From an uncultured Gemmatimonadales bacterium (GTDB lineage: Bacteria; Gemmatimonadota; Gemmatimonadetes; Gemmatimonadales; GWC2-71-9), in NCBI GenBank assembly GCA_963779755.1, contig CAVZZO010000001.1, positions 672,001 through 736,000 on the forward strand: a stretch of 64,000 bases of DNA, given 5' to 3'. The position numbers and the translations under genes were made by a program. Positions 26,924-37,136 of this stretch are shown one piece after another (position 1 is the first letter of the stretch; every line of letters begins with the position of its first letter). The notes below the pieces were generated by a model. That model did not search any database. It was not told the DNA's origin and saw only the letters and a program-made list of their open reading frames with translations.

Positions 26924-27915
26924 CACTGCACCACGATGGTGCCGCGCATGCCGGTGGTCTGCTGGCCTGCCAGGCCGCCGTGAATGGTGCAGATGTACTG
27001 GTAGGTACCCGGGGTGTTGAAGGTGACGGGCCCGTAGCTGAACGGCGCGTTCCGCGTGGCGCTCGACGCGAAGGAGGGTGCCAGCACCGATGTCACGTTG
27101 TGGCTCTGGCCGTTCCAGTTCCAGGTGACCGTGCCCCCGGCCGCGATGGTGGCCACCTGGGGGGAGAAGGAGTTGTTGTTCACCTGGATGGTCACCGCCG
27201 TGGGCGGCGGCGGGGTAACGCTGCCCGTCGCCGCGAAGGTGAGCGGGGAGCCTGCCAGCCCGGCGGCCGAGGCCTGGAGGGTGTTCGGACCGGCCGTGCC
27301 GCCCAGCATCCAGGCGGTGGCCGCGAGTCCCTGCTGGTTACTGGCCGTCGTGGCGGGATTCACCGAGCCGCCGCCGCCGGTGACAGTCCACTGTACCGAC
27401 GCGCCGCTCACCGGATTGCCGAACTGGTCCGTCACCCGCGCCACGATGAGCTGCGGGAGGATCGAGCCGGTGCGGGCGGTCTGCGCATCGCCGGACGACT
27501 TGACGAGTGCGATGGGGGGCCCGGGTTGGGCGGTCGCCGTGAAGCCCGCCGGCGAGCCGCCGGCGCCCGGCACGATGGCCTGTGCCGTCTGCAGGCCAGC
27601 CGCCTGCCCCAGGGTCCACCGCGTGCTCGCGGTGCCGTCATCCGCCGTGGTCGAGCTGGCCGGGTTCAGGATTGCACCGACGCCCGTGGTTCTCCACTGC
27701 ACCGTGATCCCCGCTTCGGGGGTGCCGTCCCGCGTCACCAGGACCTGGAGCGCCTGGGCGAGCGGTTGCCCCGCCGTCCCGGTCTGGGCGTTACCGCTTT
27801 GGGCTGTCCTGGCCACCTGCTCACTCGGCCCGGGGCCGGAGGAGCCGTCGCCGCCACAGGCACTCGCCAGCAGGGCAAATCCCGCGGCGGCCGTCATCAA
27901 TCTGCGCGATATCAT
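26923..27915 (-). CDS. Lipoprotein with Ig-like repeats and C-terminal cupredoxin domain
   Basis: LASAC lipobox; SGNAQTG and SGDAQTA repeats; HNV...YICTIH...GM copper ligands. Confidence 0.85.
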   Translation of the reverse strand: MISRRLMTAAAGFALLASACGGDGSSGPGPSEQVARTAQSGNAQTGTAGQPLAQALQVLVTRDGTPEAGITVQWRTTGVGAILNPASSTTADDGTASTRWTLGQAAGLQTAQAIVPGAGGSPAGFTATAQPGPPIALVKSSGDAQTARTGSILPQLIVARVTDQFGNPVSGASVQWTVTGGGGSVNPATTASNQQGLAATAWMLGGTAGPNTLQASAAGLAGSPLTFAATGSVTPPPPTAVTIQVNNNSFSPQVATIAAGGTVTWNWNGQSHNVTSVLAPSFASSATRNAPFSYGPVTFNTPGTYQYICTIHGGLAGQQTTGMRGTIVVQ

Positions 27916-27991
27916 GTCACACCTCTTCGCAGTTCGAATGTTCCTGTGTGGCCGGCCTTTGCCGGCGCGAAAACCGATTGTGCCGGGCCCC

Positions 27992-29059
27992 TCAGTACAG
28001 GGGCAGGCCCGGAGGTTTGGGCCAGAATGCCACGCTCCAGAGGAGATTGTGCCCCGTGAGCTGGAGCCGGATCCTCGGTTCCGGCGCGCCGGACTGGAGC
28101 AGGCTTGCCCGGTCGAACTCCCTGAGACTTCCCTCGCCCCCGGCCACCCAGAGATTGCCGGCGCTGTCGAAGGCGAGGGCGACCGGCAGATTGAGCGATT
28201 CCTCTCTTGAGGAGAGCACGACGTGGGGTGCCGGGTCGCCGCCGCCGGCCAGCTGTGCCGGCGTGAAGGCAAGGATGTCGGGCCCGCCGCTGTTGGCGAT
28301 CCACAGATTCCCCGCGGCGTCGAAGGCCATCCCCGCGGGGAAGGCCAGCCCGTTCGCCCCGGTGAGAACGTGAACTCCGGCCGGCGCGCCCGAAGCCTCG
28401 AGCTGGTCGGCGGCGTAGCGGGAAATGGTGTGAAACTCGTGATCCGAGACCCAGAGCGATCCGGCGGCATCGAAGGCGAGGGCCGTCGGCGTGCCGGGTA
28501 CAGCCAGGCAGACGGCCGGCGTTCGCACGCCGTCGCCGGTCAGCTGCGTCCGGTCGAAACGCACCACGGTGCCCGCCTCGTTGTTGGCGGCCCAGAGCCG
28601 GTGTTGGGCGTCGAAGGCGAGACCGGTGGGGTTATCCAGACACCTGCCGGCAGACCGGATCACGGTGGAGGCGGTGCGCTCCCCCGGGCGCGCCAGCGCC
28701 GCCGGCGCGAAGCCCAGCAGCAGACTGTCGTCCCGGCTCGCCACCCACAGCGTGCCGTCCTGATCGAACGCGATCGCCGCCACGGCCAGGCGCGGTGCGC
28801 TGGGAGTGGTGATCACCGTGGCCGGGATGGCCCCGCCGGAGGCGGTCAACTGCCCTGGAGCCAGCCGCAGAATCGCGGCGGGATCGCCGCTCGCCGTCCA
28901 GAGCCCGGATGCCGGCATGGAATCCTCTACCGGCGGGCGGTCGCCGTGGGACGGGGCCGTGGTGTCCGGCCGGCAGCCCGCCAGCATTGCCAGTTGCAGC
29001 GCCAGCAGGGGCCGGTAGACGGTGGCGCGCGTGGGCGGGCCCTTTCGAATCGAAGTCAT
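27992..29059 (-). CDS. NHL-repeat beta-propeller lipoprotein
   Basis: Repeated P..LAFD..G.LWV; LAGC lipobox. Confidence 0.85.
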   Translation of the reverse strand: MTSIRKGPPTRATVYRPLLALQLAMLAGCRPDTTAPSHGDRPPVEDSMPASGLWTASGDPAAILRLAPGQLTASGGAIPATVITTPSAPRLAVAAIAFDQDGTLWVASRDDSLLLGFAPAALARPGERTASTVIRSAGRCLDNPTGLAFDAQHRLWAANNEAGTVVRFDRTQLTGDGVRTPAVCLAVPGTPTALAFDAAGSLWVSDHEFHTISRYAADQLEASGAPAGVHVLTGANGLAFPAGMAFDAAGNLWIANSGGPDILAFTPAQLAGGGDPAPHVVLSSREESLNLPVALAFDSAGNLWVAGGEGSLREFDRASLLQSGAPEPRIRLQLTGHNLLWSVAFWPKPPGLPLY

Positions 29060-29559
29060 GGAGCGGGTCGGGCGCCGCGCGCCGCCTCGACGGTGGCGCG
29101 GATCTTCGCCAGGTGGTGGTAGCTGTGCCGCAGGGCATGATCTTCCACGAAGAACTGGCAGGTGAGCGGCGCATTGGCATTGAGTGATACCGGGGCCGCC
29201 CGGTCGAGTTGCGCGTCGGTCAGCGCCCGGACCGCGGCGGCGGCGGCCCGGCTGTTGGCCTGCAGGGCCGCGAGCGCCGTCGCCTGGTCCACCCCGGCGT
29301 TCTCGCGCGCGTGTCCGGCATTCACCTGGTGTACGTCATCCCAGGTGACGCCTTCGATCGGCTTCCCCGCGGCGAGCGCCTGGGCCAGCTGGATCTCCAG
29401 GGGATACATGCTCGCCACGTGGTGCACCACTACCCCGACCGACCGGCCGTCGTGCGGAATCCTCAGCTCCCACTCTTCCTGCGTCAGCGAACCGGCATCG
29501 CGGGCGAGTGCGTCGGCGCCGGCCTCGAGCCGGCGGGCGAGTTCATTGCTGCGTGTCAT
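29056..29559 (-). CDS. DinB-like protein
   Basis: SVGVVVHHVA...HALRHSYHHL. Confidence 0.75.
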   Translation of the reverse strand: MTRSNELARRLEAGADALARDAGSLTQEEWELRIPHDGRSVGVVVHHVASMYPLEIQLAQALAAGKPIEGVTWDDVHQVNAGHARENAGVDQATALAALQANSRAAAAAVRALTDAQLDRAAPVSLNANAPLTCQFFVEDHALRHSYHHLAKIRATVEAARGARPAP

Positions 29560-29591
29560 GGCGGTTTCTCCTGTAGTGTGCAGTGACGGTG

Positions 29592-30452
29592 TCAGGCGAC
29601 CAACGCCCGCACCTCGAGGTACTCACCGGCCACGACGGTTTCGCCGCGGCCGGCGAGATTGTGTCCGGTGAAGAGCCGCGTCAGCTGTTCGCGGAGTTGC
29701 TGGCGGCCGGCGGGCTCCGCCGCCGCCAGGGTGGTGAGCGTCGGCCCGTAGCAGGTCGCGAAGAGTTCGGTGACCGCGGCCGGGGGCAGGGAGAAGCGGA
29801 GCTGGAGGCTGTGCCGCACACAGGTCAGCTGCCGGACCTGGGGGAGGCGGCAACGCACCACTTCCTCGTCGCCCCACAGCAGCGCGCTGGGCACCCCGGC
29901 CGGGGGCGGCGCCACGGCCGCATGCGCCTCGAACAGCCGGGCGACAAATCCGTCCGGCGTCCAGTTGGCCATCGCGATCCGTCCGCCGGGCCGGGTGACC
30001 CGGAGAAGCTCCGCGGCCGCCCGCTCGGGCCGGTAGGCGAACATCGCGCCGAACATGCTGACGGTGGTGTCGAACTGTCCGTCGGTGTAGGGGAGCGCTT
30101 CGGCGTCGCCCACCTCGAACGCGACCGGCAGGCCCGCCGCGCGCGCTTCGCGCTGCGCCTCCGCGATCAGATTCGGTGCGATGTCCACTCCGGTGACCCG
30201 GGCGCCGGCCCTGGCCGCCGGGATGGCGAGGTTGCCGGTGCCGCAGGCGACATCGAGCACCGCCTCGCCGGGACGAATGCCGAGCCGCTCGATGAACAGG
30301 GCGGCGCCCGCCGCGAAACTCCGGGCGATGGGCAGGAAATCGGCGGCCGACCAGACAGCCCGCGCGCGGGCGGTGAGACGATCCTCAGACCACGCACGCA
30401 GCCGGCCCGTCGTGCCGGGGCTGTCGAGGCAGGGGTTGGGTTCGGACGACAT
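29592..30452 (-). CDS. Class I SAM-dependent methyltransferase
   Basis: VLDVACGTGN, GDAEALP, SMFGAMF, RVTRPGG. Confidence 0.92.
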   Translation of the reverse strand: MSSEPNPCLDSPGTTGRLRAWSEDRLTARARAVWSAADFLPIARSFAAGAALFIERLGIRPGEAVLDVACGTGNLAIPAARAGARVTGVDIAPNLIAEAQREARAAGLPVAFEVGDAEALPYTDGQFDTTVSMFGAMFAYRPERAAAELLRVTRPGGRIAMANWTPDGFVARLFEAHAAVAPPPAGVPSALLWGDEEVVRCRLPQVRQLTCVRHSLQLRFSLPPAAVTELFATCYGPTLTTLAAAEPAGRQQLREQLTRLFTGHNLAGRGETVVAGEYLEVRALVA

Positions 30453-30616
30453 GGGACTCCTCGGTCAAGGCTCGCCAGGCAGCTTTCCTGGGCGCGGACA
30501 GAGTATGTCTGCGCGCTGCGCGGCGACCTATGACTGGCCGTCCGTGTTTGCTGCTCCATCGTACTGGCGAATCGAAGTCTTGTCCGGGAGTCCCGCGGAG
30601 TTGCCTGAGCGTCCCC

Positions 30617-31570
30617 TCAGCCGCGGGTGGTGTGGCGGGATTTGCGCCAGGCGCCGGGCGCCTGGCCGGTGGCCAGCTTGAAGGCGCGGCTGAAGGCGGC
30701 CTCCGAATCGTAGCCGACGTCGGCGGCGATCGCGGCGACCTTGGCGCTTCCCTGCAACAGCAGGTTGGCTGCCACCTGCATGCGCCACCGGGTCAGGTAC
30801 TGCATGGGGGGCTGGCCCACCAGGAGCGTGAACCGTTCGGCCAGCTTGGATCGGGAGGAGGCGACCTCCCGGGCCAGCTCCGCGAGGGTCCAGTGGTCGC
30901 CGGGCCGGCCGTGGAGCATCGCCAGCGCGCGGCCCACGACTTCGTCACGCAACCCGGCGAGCCAGCCGGTCTGCCCCGCGGGGAGCTCATCGAGATAGCG
31001 GCGCAGCAGCTCGATGAACATGAGCTCCGCCAGACGGGTGAGGACGCAATCGGCCCCGGGACGGCCCAGGCGGGCTTCTTCCGTCACCTGCCGGGTGAGG
31101 CCGCCCAGCCAGGCGGTCGGCATCCCGCGCATGTGCATCTGGCGCGGGAGACTGGCGAGCAGGGGATTGAACGGGCGCAGGTCGCAGCCGAGGAAGCCGC
31201 AGACGAAGACGGAGGTGCGGGGGCGGCCCTCGCCCAGAACCACGGTGTTGGGATAGCGGTCGGGGACGTGATATCCCTCGGGACTCGACGGCAGGCCCTG
31301 GGCACTCGACATGACATAACCGTCGCCCTGGGGAAAGACGATGACATCGCCCGCCTCCAGCGCGACCAGGTCGTGCCCGGCGACTCCGCCGAAGGCGCGG
31401 CCCTCGGTCAGGAAATGGTAGGAGATCAGATGTTCCGCACTGGGCAGGATCCGCTTCGAGAGGCGGGTCACCGGCGGCGACTCGACAATCCACGGCTCCG
31501 AGGCTTCGACAGAGTAGAAATAGGCGCCGTCGAGCCGAATCACCCGCAGCACGTCGGACAGGGCATCCAT
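30617..31570 (-). CDS. AraC family regulator with cupin domain
   Basis: MDALSDVL; PPMQYLTRWRM; VGYDSEAAFSRAFK. Confidence 0.94.
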   Translation of the reverse strand: MDALSDVLRVIRLDGAYFYSVEASEPWIVESPPVTRLSKRILPSAEHLISYHFLTEGRAFGGVAGHDLVALEAGDVIVFPQGDGYVMSSAQGLPSSPEGYHVPDRYPNTVVLGEGRPRTSVFVCGFLGCDLRPFNPLLASLPRQMHMRGMPTAWLGGLTRQVTEEARLGRPGADCVLTRLAELMFIELLRRYLDELPAGQTGWLAGLRDEVVGRALAMLHGRPGDHWTLAELAREVASSRSKLAERFTLLVGQPPMQYLTRWRMQVAANLLLQGSAKVAAIAADVGYDSEAAFSRAFKLATGQAPGAWRKSRHTTRG

Positions 31571-31613
31571 GACGCACACTCCCGACCGGTTCCACCGGTT
31601 CGCGACGAAGACC

Positions 31614-32140
31614 CTACCGCCTCGAATACACGCTTCCGTCCAGACTGATGAGTCCGGCGGGCCGGGAGCGGCCGGCGGCGAACAGGGTGTAGCCCCGGCT
31701 GGTACCGTCCGCGAACCGGAGGCGCAAGGTCAGCCCGCGGATCTCATATCGGCCGCGCGCTGCCCCTGTGCGATGGCATAGGCCACCCGGACGACCGGTC
31801 CGCCCTTCGCCGGGGTGACGCGCACGGTAGCAGTGAGGGCGTCCATCCCGATGATCGGCCGCGCCTCGGTGGCACCGCGCTGCAGCACGGTCTCGCCGGG
31901 GAAGGTGAGGCGTCCCTCGAACCATTCCCCAACGCGCGGCCCGCCGGCAGCTGCTCGGCGGGCCAGACGGTGATCAGGAGCAAGTCGCCGCGTTTCAACC
32001 CGGGTGGCGTATAGGCGCGGAGCGGCGGGGCCTCGACCTGGATCCAGGTGGGGGGCGCACGGAACTCCACCCCCGGGGCGGCGCCGGCGCCGGTGCCACC
32101 CTGGACCAGGAGGAGCAAGGCGAGGGAAGGATCATTGGGG
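31614..32140 (-). pseudogene. Hypothetical exported protein, frameshifted or fragmentary
   Basis: LALLLLVQG...FRAPPTW and RGRYEIRGLTLRLRFADG in different frames. Confidence 0.4.
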
Positions 32141-32244
32141 CTGTCCCCGGTGGAAGGTTCTCCCCCTCGCTGCCCCCATATACCAGGCTCCAATCTGGGG
32201 TATTGCACCCCAGGACGCGAGGTCCGGCGTCCGGGGCAGGTCTC

Positions 32245-33114
32245 CTATTGCTGCCGGGTGTCCGCGAGGAACTTCAGCAGCGCCGCGTTGAACAGCGCCG
32301 GTTCGTCCAGGTGCACCCCGTGGCCGCCGCCGGGGATGATCACCTTGCCGGCATGCGGCATCCAGCGGACCAGCGAGTCGGCCACCAGGTTCCAGCGGGG
32401 TCGTTCCCACGCGCCGGAGATGAACAGCACGGGGAAGCTCCACCGGCGCACCACGTCGGTGGAGGGGCGGGGAAACCGGCCCGACTCCGGATGGGGATCG
32501 AGCAGGTCGAGTGCGTTGTAGCCGGCCAGGATGGTGTCGAGCCGGGCGGTCATCACCGCGGTTCGGTGGGGTCCCGGCCGGAACATCGGCATGCTCGCCA
32601 CCAGTTTCCAGAGCGAGTCCGTGCCGTAATGTCGCACGATCGGGGCCAGCATCATCAGGCTGATCTTCGAGGTATCCGGTACCGGGAATGCCGCGGGTTC
32701 GCCGCCGCCGTAGAGCACCAGCCCGTTCACCCGGTCCGGCATGGCCGCGGCGAAACGGATCACCACATCCGCCCCGGCCGAGTGCCCGACCAGCACCGCC
32801 GAGTGGATGTGCAGGGTATCGAGCAGCGTCTGCAGGTCGCCGGGATCGGCCGACGGATCGGCGTAGCCGGTGGACTTGCCGTAGCCCCGGCGATCGTAGG
32901 CCACCACCCGGTAGCGGGGTGCCAGGGCCGCGATCTGGTCGTCCCACTCATGGAGGTTCAGCGCCCAGCCGTGGACCAGGATCACCGCGGGCCCGCTGCC
33001 GGCCACGGTGCAGTTGATGGTCGCGTCGCCGACGTTGAGTGTCGATTGGCCGGCGGCTGGGCGGTTCGCCAGCACCAGGCTTGGCAGGAGGGCGACCGTC
33101 ATGAGGGTTCGCAT
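32245..33114 (-). CDS. Alpha/beta fold hydrolase
   Basis: LVHGW, YDRRGYGKS, GHSAG, GGGHGVHLDEP. Confidence 0.92.
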   Translation of the reverse strand: MRTLMTVALLPSLVLANRPAAGQSTLNVGDATINCTVAGSGPAVILVHGWALNLHEWDDQIAALAPRYRVVAYDRRGYGKSTGYADPSADPGDLQTLLDTLHIHSAVLVGHSAGADVVIRFAAAMPDRVNGLVLYGGGEPAAFPVPDTSKISLMMLAPIVRHYGTDSLWKLVASMPMFRPGPHRTAVMTARLDTILAGYNALDLLDPHPESGRFPRPSTDVVRRWSFPVLFISGAWERPRWNLVADSLVRWMPHAGKVIIPGGGHGVHLDEPALFNAALLKFLADTRQQ

Positions 33115-33229
33115 GAGCCACCTCCGGTCAATAGGGTCTCCCGCTGGGATCGGCTCGTTGCAGGGGTACGAGCGTCCGGTGTCAGGCATTTTTCTGGCCC
33201 GCTGCGGTGCCGTGTGCTAGTTTGGCCCC

Positions 33230-36178
33230 ATGTGGTCCGTGCCCGAGGCGCTCCAGAACGCACTGGCCGACCGCTACACCATTGTAGCCGAGTTGGGCCG
33301 CGGGGGCATGGCGATCGTCTACCAGGCGCTGGACGAGCGGCACCAACGTACCGTCGCGCTCAAGGTCTTGGCGGATGAAGGCGCCGCTGCGATCGGAGCG
33401 GACCGTTTCCTGCGCGAGATCGCCATCGCCGCCGGCCTGTCCCATCCGCACATCCTTCCCCTGTACGACTCCGGCGAGGCCGGGGGCTTCCTCTATTATG
33501 CCATGCCGCTGGCCGAAGGCGAGTCGCTCCGGACCCGCCTGGATCGGGAAGGCCAGCTGCCTCTGGATGACGTGCTCCGGCTCACGCGCGAGGTGGCGGA
33601 CGCCCTCACCTACGCCCACGCGCACAACGTGGTCCACCGCGACATCAAGCCGGAAAATATTCTGCTGCACGACGGCCACGCGCTGGTGGCGGATTTCGGC
33701 ATTGCCCGTGCCATCGAGGCCGCCGGCGTCGAGCGCCTGACCCGCACCGGCGTGGTGGTGGGAACCCCGGCCTACATGAGTCCGGAGCAGGCCACCGGCG
33801 GGACGCACCTGGATGGGCGCACCGACGTGTACTCGCTGGGCTGTGTCGTCTATGAGATGGTGAGCGGCGAGCCGCCCTACACCGGGCCGACGCCGCAGGC
33901 CATCCTCGCCCGGCAGCTGAGCGAAGAGGCGCGTCCCCTCCGCCATGTCCGCCCAAGCGTGAGCCCCGCGTTCGACGCGGCAGTCCGCCGCGCCCTGGCG
34001 CCGACGCCGGCCGACCGGTTTCAGCCGCCGGCCGAGTTCGCCGACGCCCTGACCCGGGCAACGGAGGCGGCGGTGCGCCCGGGGCGGTGGGCCGTGTCAC
34101 GCAAACGGATCTACCAGCTGGTGGGCCTGGCCCTGGCCCTGCTGGCGGCGCTCCTGCTGTACCGGCACGGGTCGCGTGCCGGCGAGGCCGACCCGCGTCT
34201 GGGTGTCGCGGTTTTTCCTTTCCGCGCAGCCGGGTCCGCCACGGAATGGACCGAACGGCTGGCGGACTATGTAGCCACGGCGCTGGACGGGACTCCCGGA
34301 ATCCGGGTGGCGGATCCCTGGTCCTTGTGGCGGACGTTGCGCCCGACCCGGGAGGAGGCGGCGGAGAGCCCGGACCCGGTCCAGGCCGCCCGGCTGGCGT
34401 CCGCAGCCGGCGTCGCGTACTTCGTGCTGGGTGCCCTGGCCCAGAGCGGGGAGCAGCTCGATCTCACCATGCGGGTCTATCGGGTGGGCCGGCGGGATCC
34501 CATCGAGACGTTGAGAGACACCGCCTCCCTGAACAGCCTCCCGGCGCTGGTGCAGCGGCTGGCGGTGGCCGTGATCGGGCGCCTGGGACTGGGCGGGGCG
34601 CCTTCCTACCTCTCCCGGGCCACCCAGTCGGCGGATGCGCTCAAGGCCTACCTCGCCGCGCGGGAAGCCATGCGGCGCGGCCAGGTGGATTCCGCCGACA
34701 TCGCCATTGATCGGGCCCTCGCCCTGGATTCCAACTTCGCCCTCGCCCTGGTCGCGGCGGTCAACATCAAATCGTGGAAGCAGTTCAACTCGGCCCAGCC
34801 CTATGCCGGATTGCAGTCCCTGGCGGAGCGGGCGGTGCGCGCCAGCGACTCCCTGGGCGAGCGGGAGCAACTGCGTGCCCGTGCCATGCTCGCGATGGTG
34901 CGCACCGACGGCCCCCCCGCGGCAGTCGCGCTGAAGCGCATCGTTCAGCTGGACAGCACCGATCTCCTGGCCTGGGGGCTTCTGTCCTATTGCGACCTGG
35001 TGTACGGGTGGCAGTACGGCGCGGGCCCCGCCGCGGCGGCGGAGGCAAATGACCATGTCCTGCGCCTCGATCCCGAAAGCGTCCCGGCCCTGCTGCGGCA
35101 GGCCCACCTGATCTCGATAGGGGGAGACACCGCGGAAGGATGGGCGGAGATAGCCCGTCTGAGCCGCGCCGACACCACCAACCCCCTGATACTGGGCGCC
35201 CTGCTCAGTCTCCGGGCGCTCCGGGCTCCGGAGGACAGCGCCGGGCCGCTGCTGGATTCTGTCGCCGCGCGGCCGATGGCGCTGTGGCTCTCGGTGTTCC
35301 GTACGCTGCGCTCCACTGTACCGGCCCGCGCGCGGCGGCTGGTCGAACGGGTGCTGGCGACGGTGGGCTTCGGCTACCCGCAGCGGGTCGCGTTCGGGGC
35401 GCGTCTGCAGCTCGCCGTGGCCCAGGGCCGGATCCGGGAGGTGGATTCCATCATCCGGGAGCCGGGCTTCAAGGGCCTGCCGGGATTCGACAAGCAGGTG
35501 GCCGCCTTTCTGCTGGGGAGTGCCATCGCCGGCCTGGGCGACAGCGCGCTTACCCAGCGGGTGGTCGCCGATCTGAGTCGCTACGTGCCGCGGGACTCGG
35601 CACCCGCCTATTTCGAGACCCGGCCGGTCTGGTGGATGGGCTGGGAGCTGGCCGCCTGGCACGCGACCTTCGGCGACACGGCCGAGGCCCGGCAGTGGCG
35701 GTCGGTGTTCGGCCGGCTGCCGGCGGGAGGACCCTCCGAGGACTATCGCGGCTCGCTGCAGGCGGACATTGACGCCCGGCTGGCGATCCGGCGGGGGGAT
35801 CTGGCGTCTGGCCTGACGCTGGAAAAACGCGCATACGACCTCTGGGCCATCCACTCCGAGAACGTCCTGGAGGCGCAGCCGGAACCGGCCATGCGGTTCC
35901 AGCTGGCGCTCCTGCTCCGGGCCAGGGGCATGCCCGACAGCGCGGTCGCGATCCTGCGCTCCCTCATTCCGCCGACTACCTGGATGGGGTTCTACTCGGG
36001 CCGGGCCTGGCTCGAACTGGGGGAGATTGCCGAGGGCCGGGGAGATCGGGCGGACGCCGCACGATCATATGGCCTGGCCGCCGCGCTCTGGCGAGACGGC
36101 GGGAAAGAGATCTCTCCCTGGCGGGATCGTGCGTTTGCCGGACTGCGGCGGACGCTGGAGGAACTGCTGAGCCCCTGA
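33230..36178 (+). CDS. Serine/threonine protein kinase with TM and TPR-like C-terminus
   Basis: GRGGMA, VALK, HRDIKPEN, DFG, GTPAYMSPE. Confidence 0.95.
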   Translation: MWSVPEALQNALADRYTIVAELGRGGMAIVYQALDERHQRTVALKVLADEGAAAIGADRFLREIAIAAGLSHPHILPLYDSGEAGGFLYYAMPLAEGESLRTRLDREGQLPLDDVLRLTREVADALTYAHAHNVVHRDIKPENILLHDGHALVADFGIARAIEAAGVERLTRTGVVVGTPAYMSPEQATGGTHLDGRTDVYSLGCVVYEMVSGEPPYTGPTPQAILARQLSEEARPLRHVRPSVSPAFDAAVRRALAPTPADRFQPPAEFADALTRATEAAVRPGRWAVSRKRIYQLVGLALALLAALLLYRHGSRAGEADPRLGVAVFPFRAAGSATEWTERLADYVATALDGTPGIRVADPWSLWRTLRPTREEAAESPDPVQAARLASAAGVAYFVLGALAQSGEQLDLTMRVYRVGRRDPIETLRDTASLNSLPALVQRLAVAVIGRLGLGGAPSYLSRATQSADALKAYLAAREAMRRGQVDSADIAIDRALALDSNFALALVAAVNIKSWKQFNSAQPYAGLQSLAERAVRASDSLGEREQLRARAMLAMVRTDGPPAAVALKRIVQLDSTDLLAWGLLSYCDLVYGWQYGAGPAAAAEANDHVLRLDPESVPALLRQAHLISIGGDTAEGWAEIARLSRADTTNPLILGALLSLRALRAPEDSAGPLLDSVAARPMALWLSVFRTLRSTVPARARRLVERVLATVGFGYPQRVAFGARLQLAVAQGRIREVDSIIREPGFKGLPGFDKQVAAFLLGSAIAGLGDSALTQRVVADLSRYVPRDSAPAYFETRPVWWMGWELAAWHATFGDTAEARQWRSVFGRLPAGGPSEDYRGSLQADIDARLAIRRGDLASGLTLEKRAYDLWAIHSENVLEAQPEPAMRFQLALLLRARGMPDSAVAILRSLIPPTTWMGFYSGRAWLELGEIAEGRGDRADAARSYGLAAALWRDGGKEISPWRDRAFAGLRRTLEELLSP

Positions 36179-36235
36179 TGCTTCTTGCCATGCGCGGTGA
36201 TGCCTCCTTCGCGGCGGATAACTCCCGGAGGGGGA

Positions 36236-36695
36236 ACACAGATTACGCAGATCAAAAAGGGATTACACAGATTTGCCCCGATCGACGGCGCAGCTTCGCG
36301 GAGCGTTGCCGAGATCCCCAACATACAAGAATCAGATTCTTTTGGGGTGCGCCGGCATGCTCTGGCGGAGCCTCACCCAGGGAACGGAGACCAATCTGCG
36401 TCACTCTGCGTAATCTGCGGTTGCAGTTTGCTCGATCCAACCTTTTCAGGAACACCTCCGGGTCCTACGCGGTGGCGGCTCCTTCCCGGCGGATAACTCC
36501 CGGAGGAGGAACACAGATTACGCAGATTAAAAAGGGATTACGCAGATTTGCTCCGATCCGCCGCGCAGCTCCATGGAGCTGCGCCGGGGATTCACACTAC
36601 TGATTCTTTGTTGTTGTTCTTGAGTGGGCGGGATCTGGATCGGAGGGCTGACCCGGCACGGGATCAATCCGTGTAATCTGTGTAATCTGTGGATT
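36236..36695. repeat. ACGCAGATT-type repeat cluster
   Basis: Two ~275-bp related units with inverted CAGATT/AATCTG arms. Confidence 0.85.
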
Positions 36696-36803
36696 CACGA
36701 TGAACAGCTTTCCGGGCGCGTGAACTCCTGGCGCCCATGTAGTCCGTGCCCGAGCCGCTCCAGGAGTCCAGGCGCAGCGCCGAGCGTCGCCGGCCCGCCC
36801 GAC

Positions 36804-37106
36804 TCAGAGCGCTGCCCCGAAGTACAGCCACCAGATGCCCGCCAGCAGGATGGCCGCGCACGCCGTCACGATGAACGGCCAGGTCTGCCAGCCCGCCCAG
36901 GGGCGCGGCTCCGTGACCAGCCCCCACGCCGATCCGGCCAGCGAGAGCAGGGCCGCCAGGAGCAGGACGGCGCCCAGATGACTGGAAAGCCCGCTGGCGC
37001 CACCACTGCCCTCGGAGAGCGAGCCGGCCAACGAGATCAAAGGGCCGACCACCAGAAGCGGCGCCAGAGCGAGCAGAAGGGGAAGGGCACGGGAACGGGC
37101 GCGCAC
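36804..37106 (-). CDS. Small membrane protein
   Basis: AGGAGG RBS then GTG; three hydrophobic segments. Confidence 0.6.
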   Translation of the reverse strand: MRARSRALPLLLALAPLLVVGPLISLAGSLSEGSGGASGLSSHLGAVLLLAALLSLAGSAWGLVTEPRPWAGWQTWPFIVTACAAILLAGIWWLYFGAAL

Positions 37107-37136
37107 GGCGAGCACCTCCTGGGTCCACAGGGTACG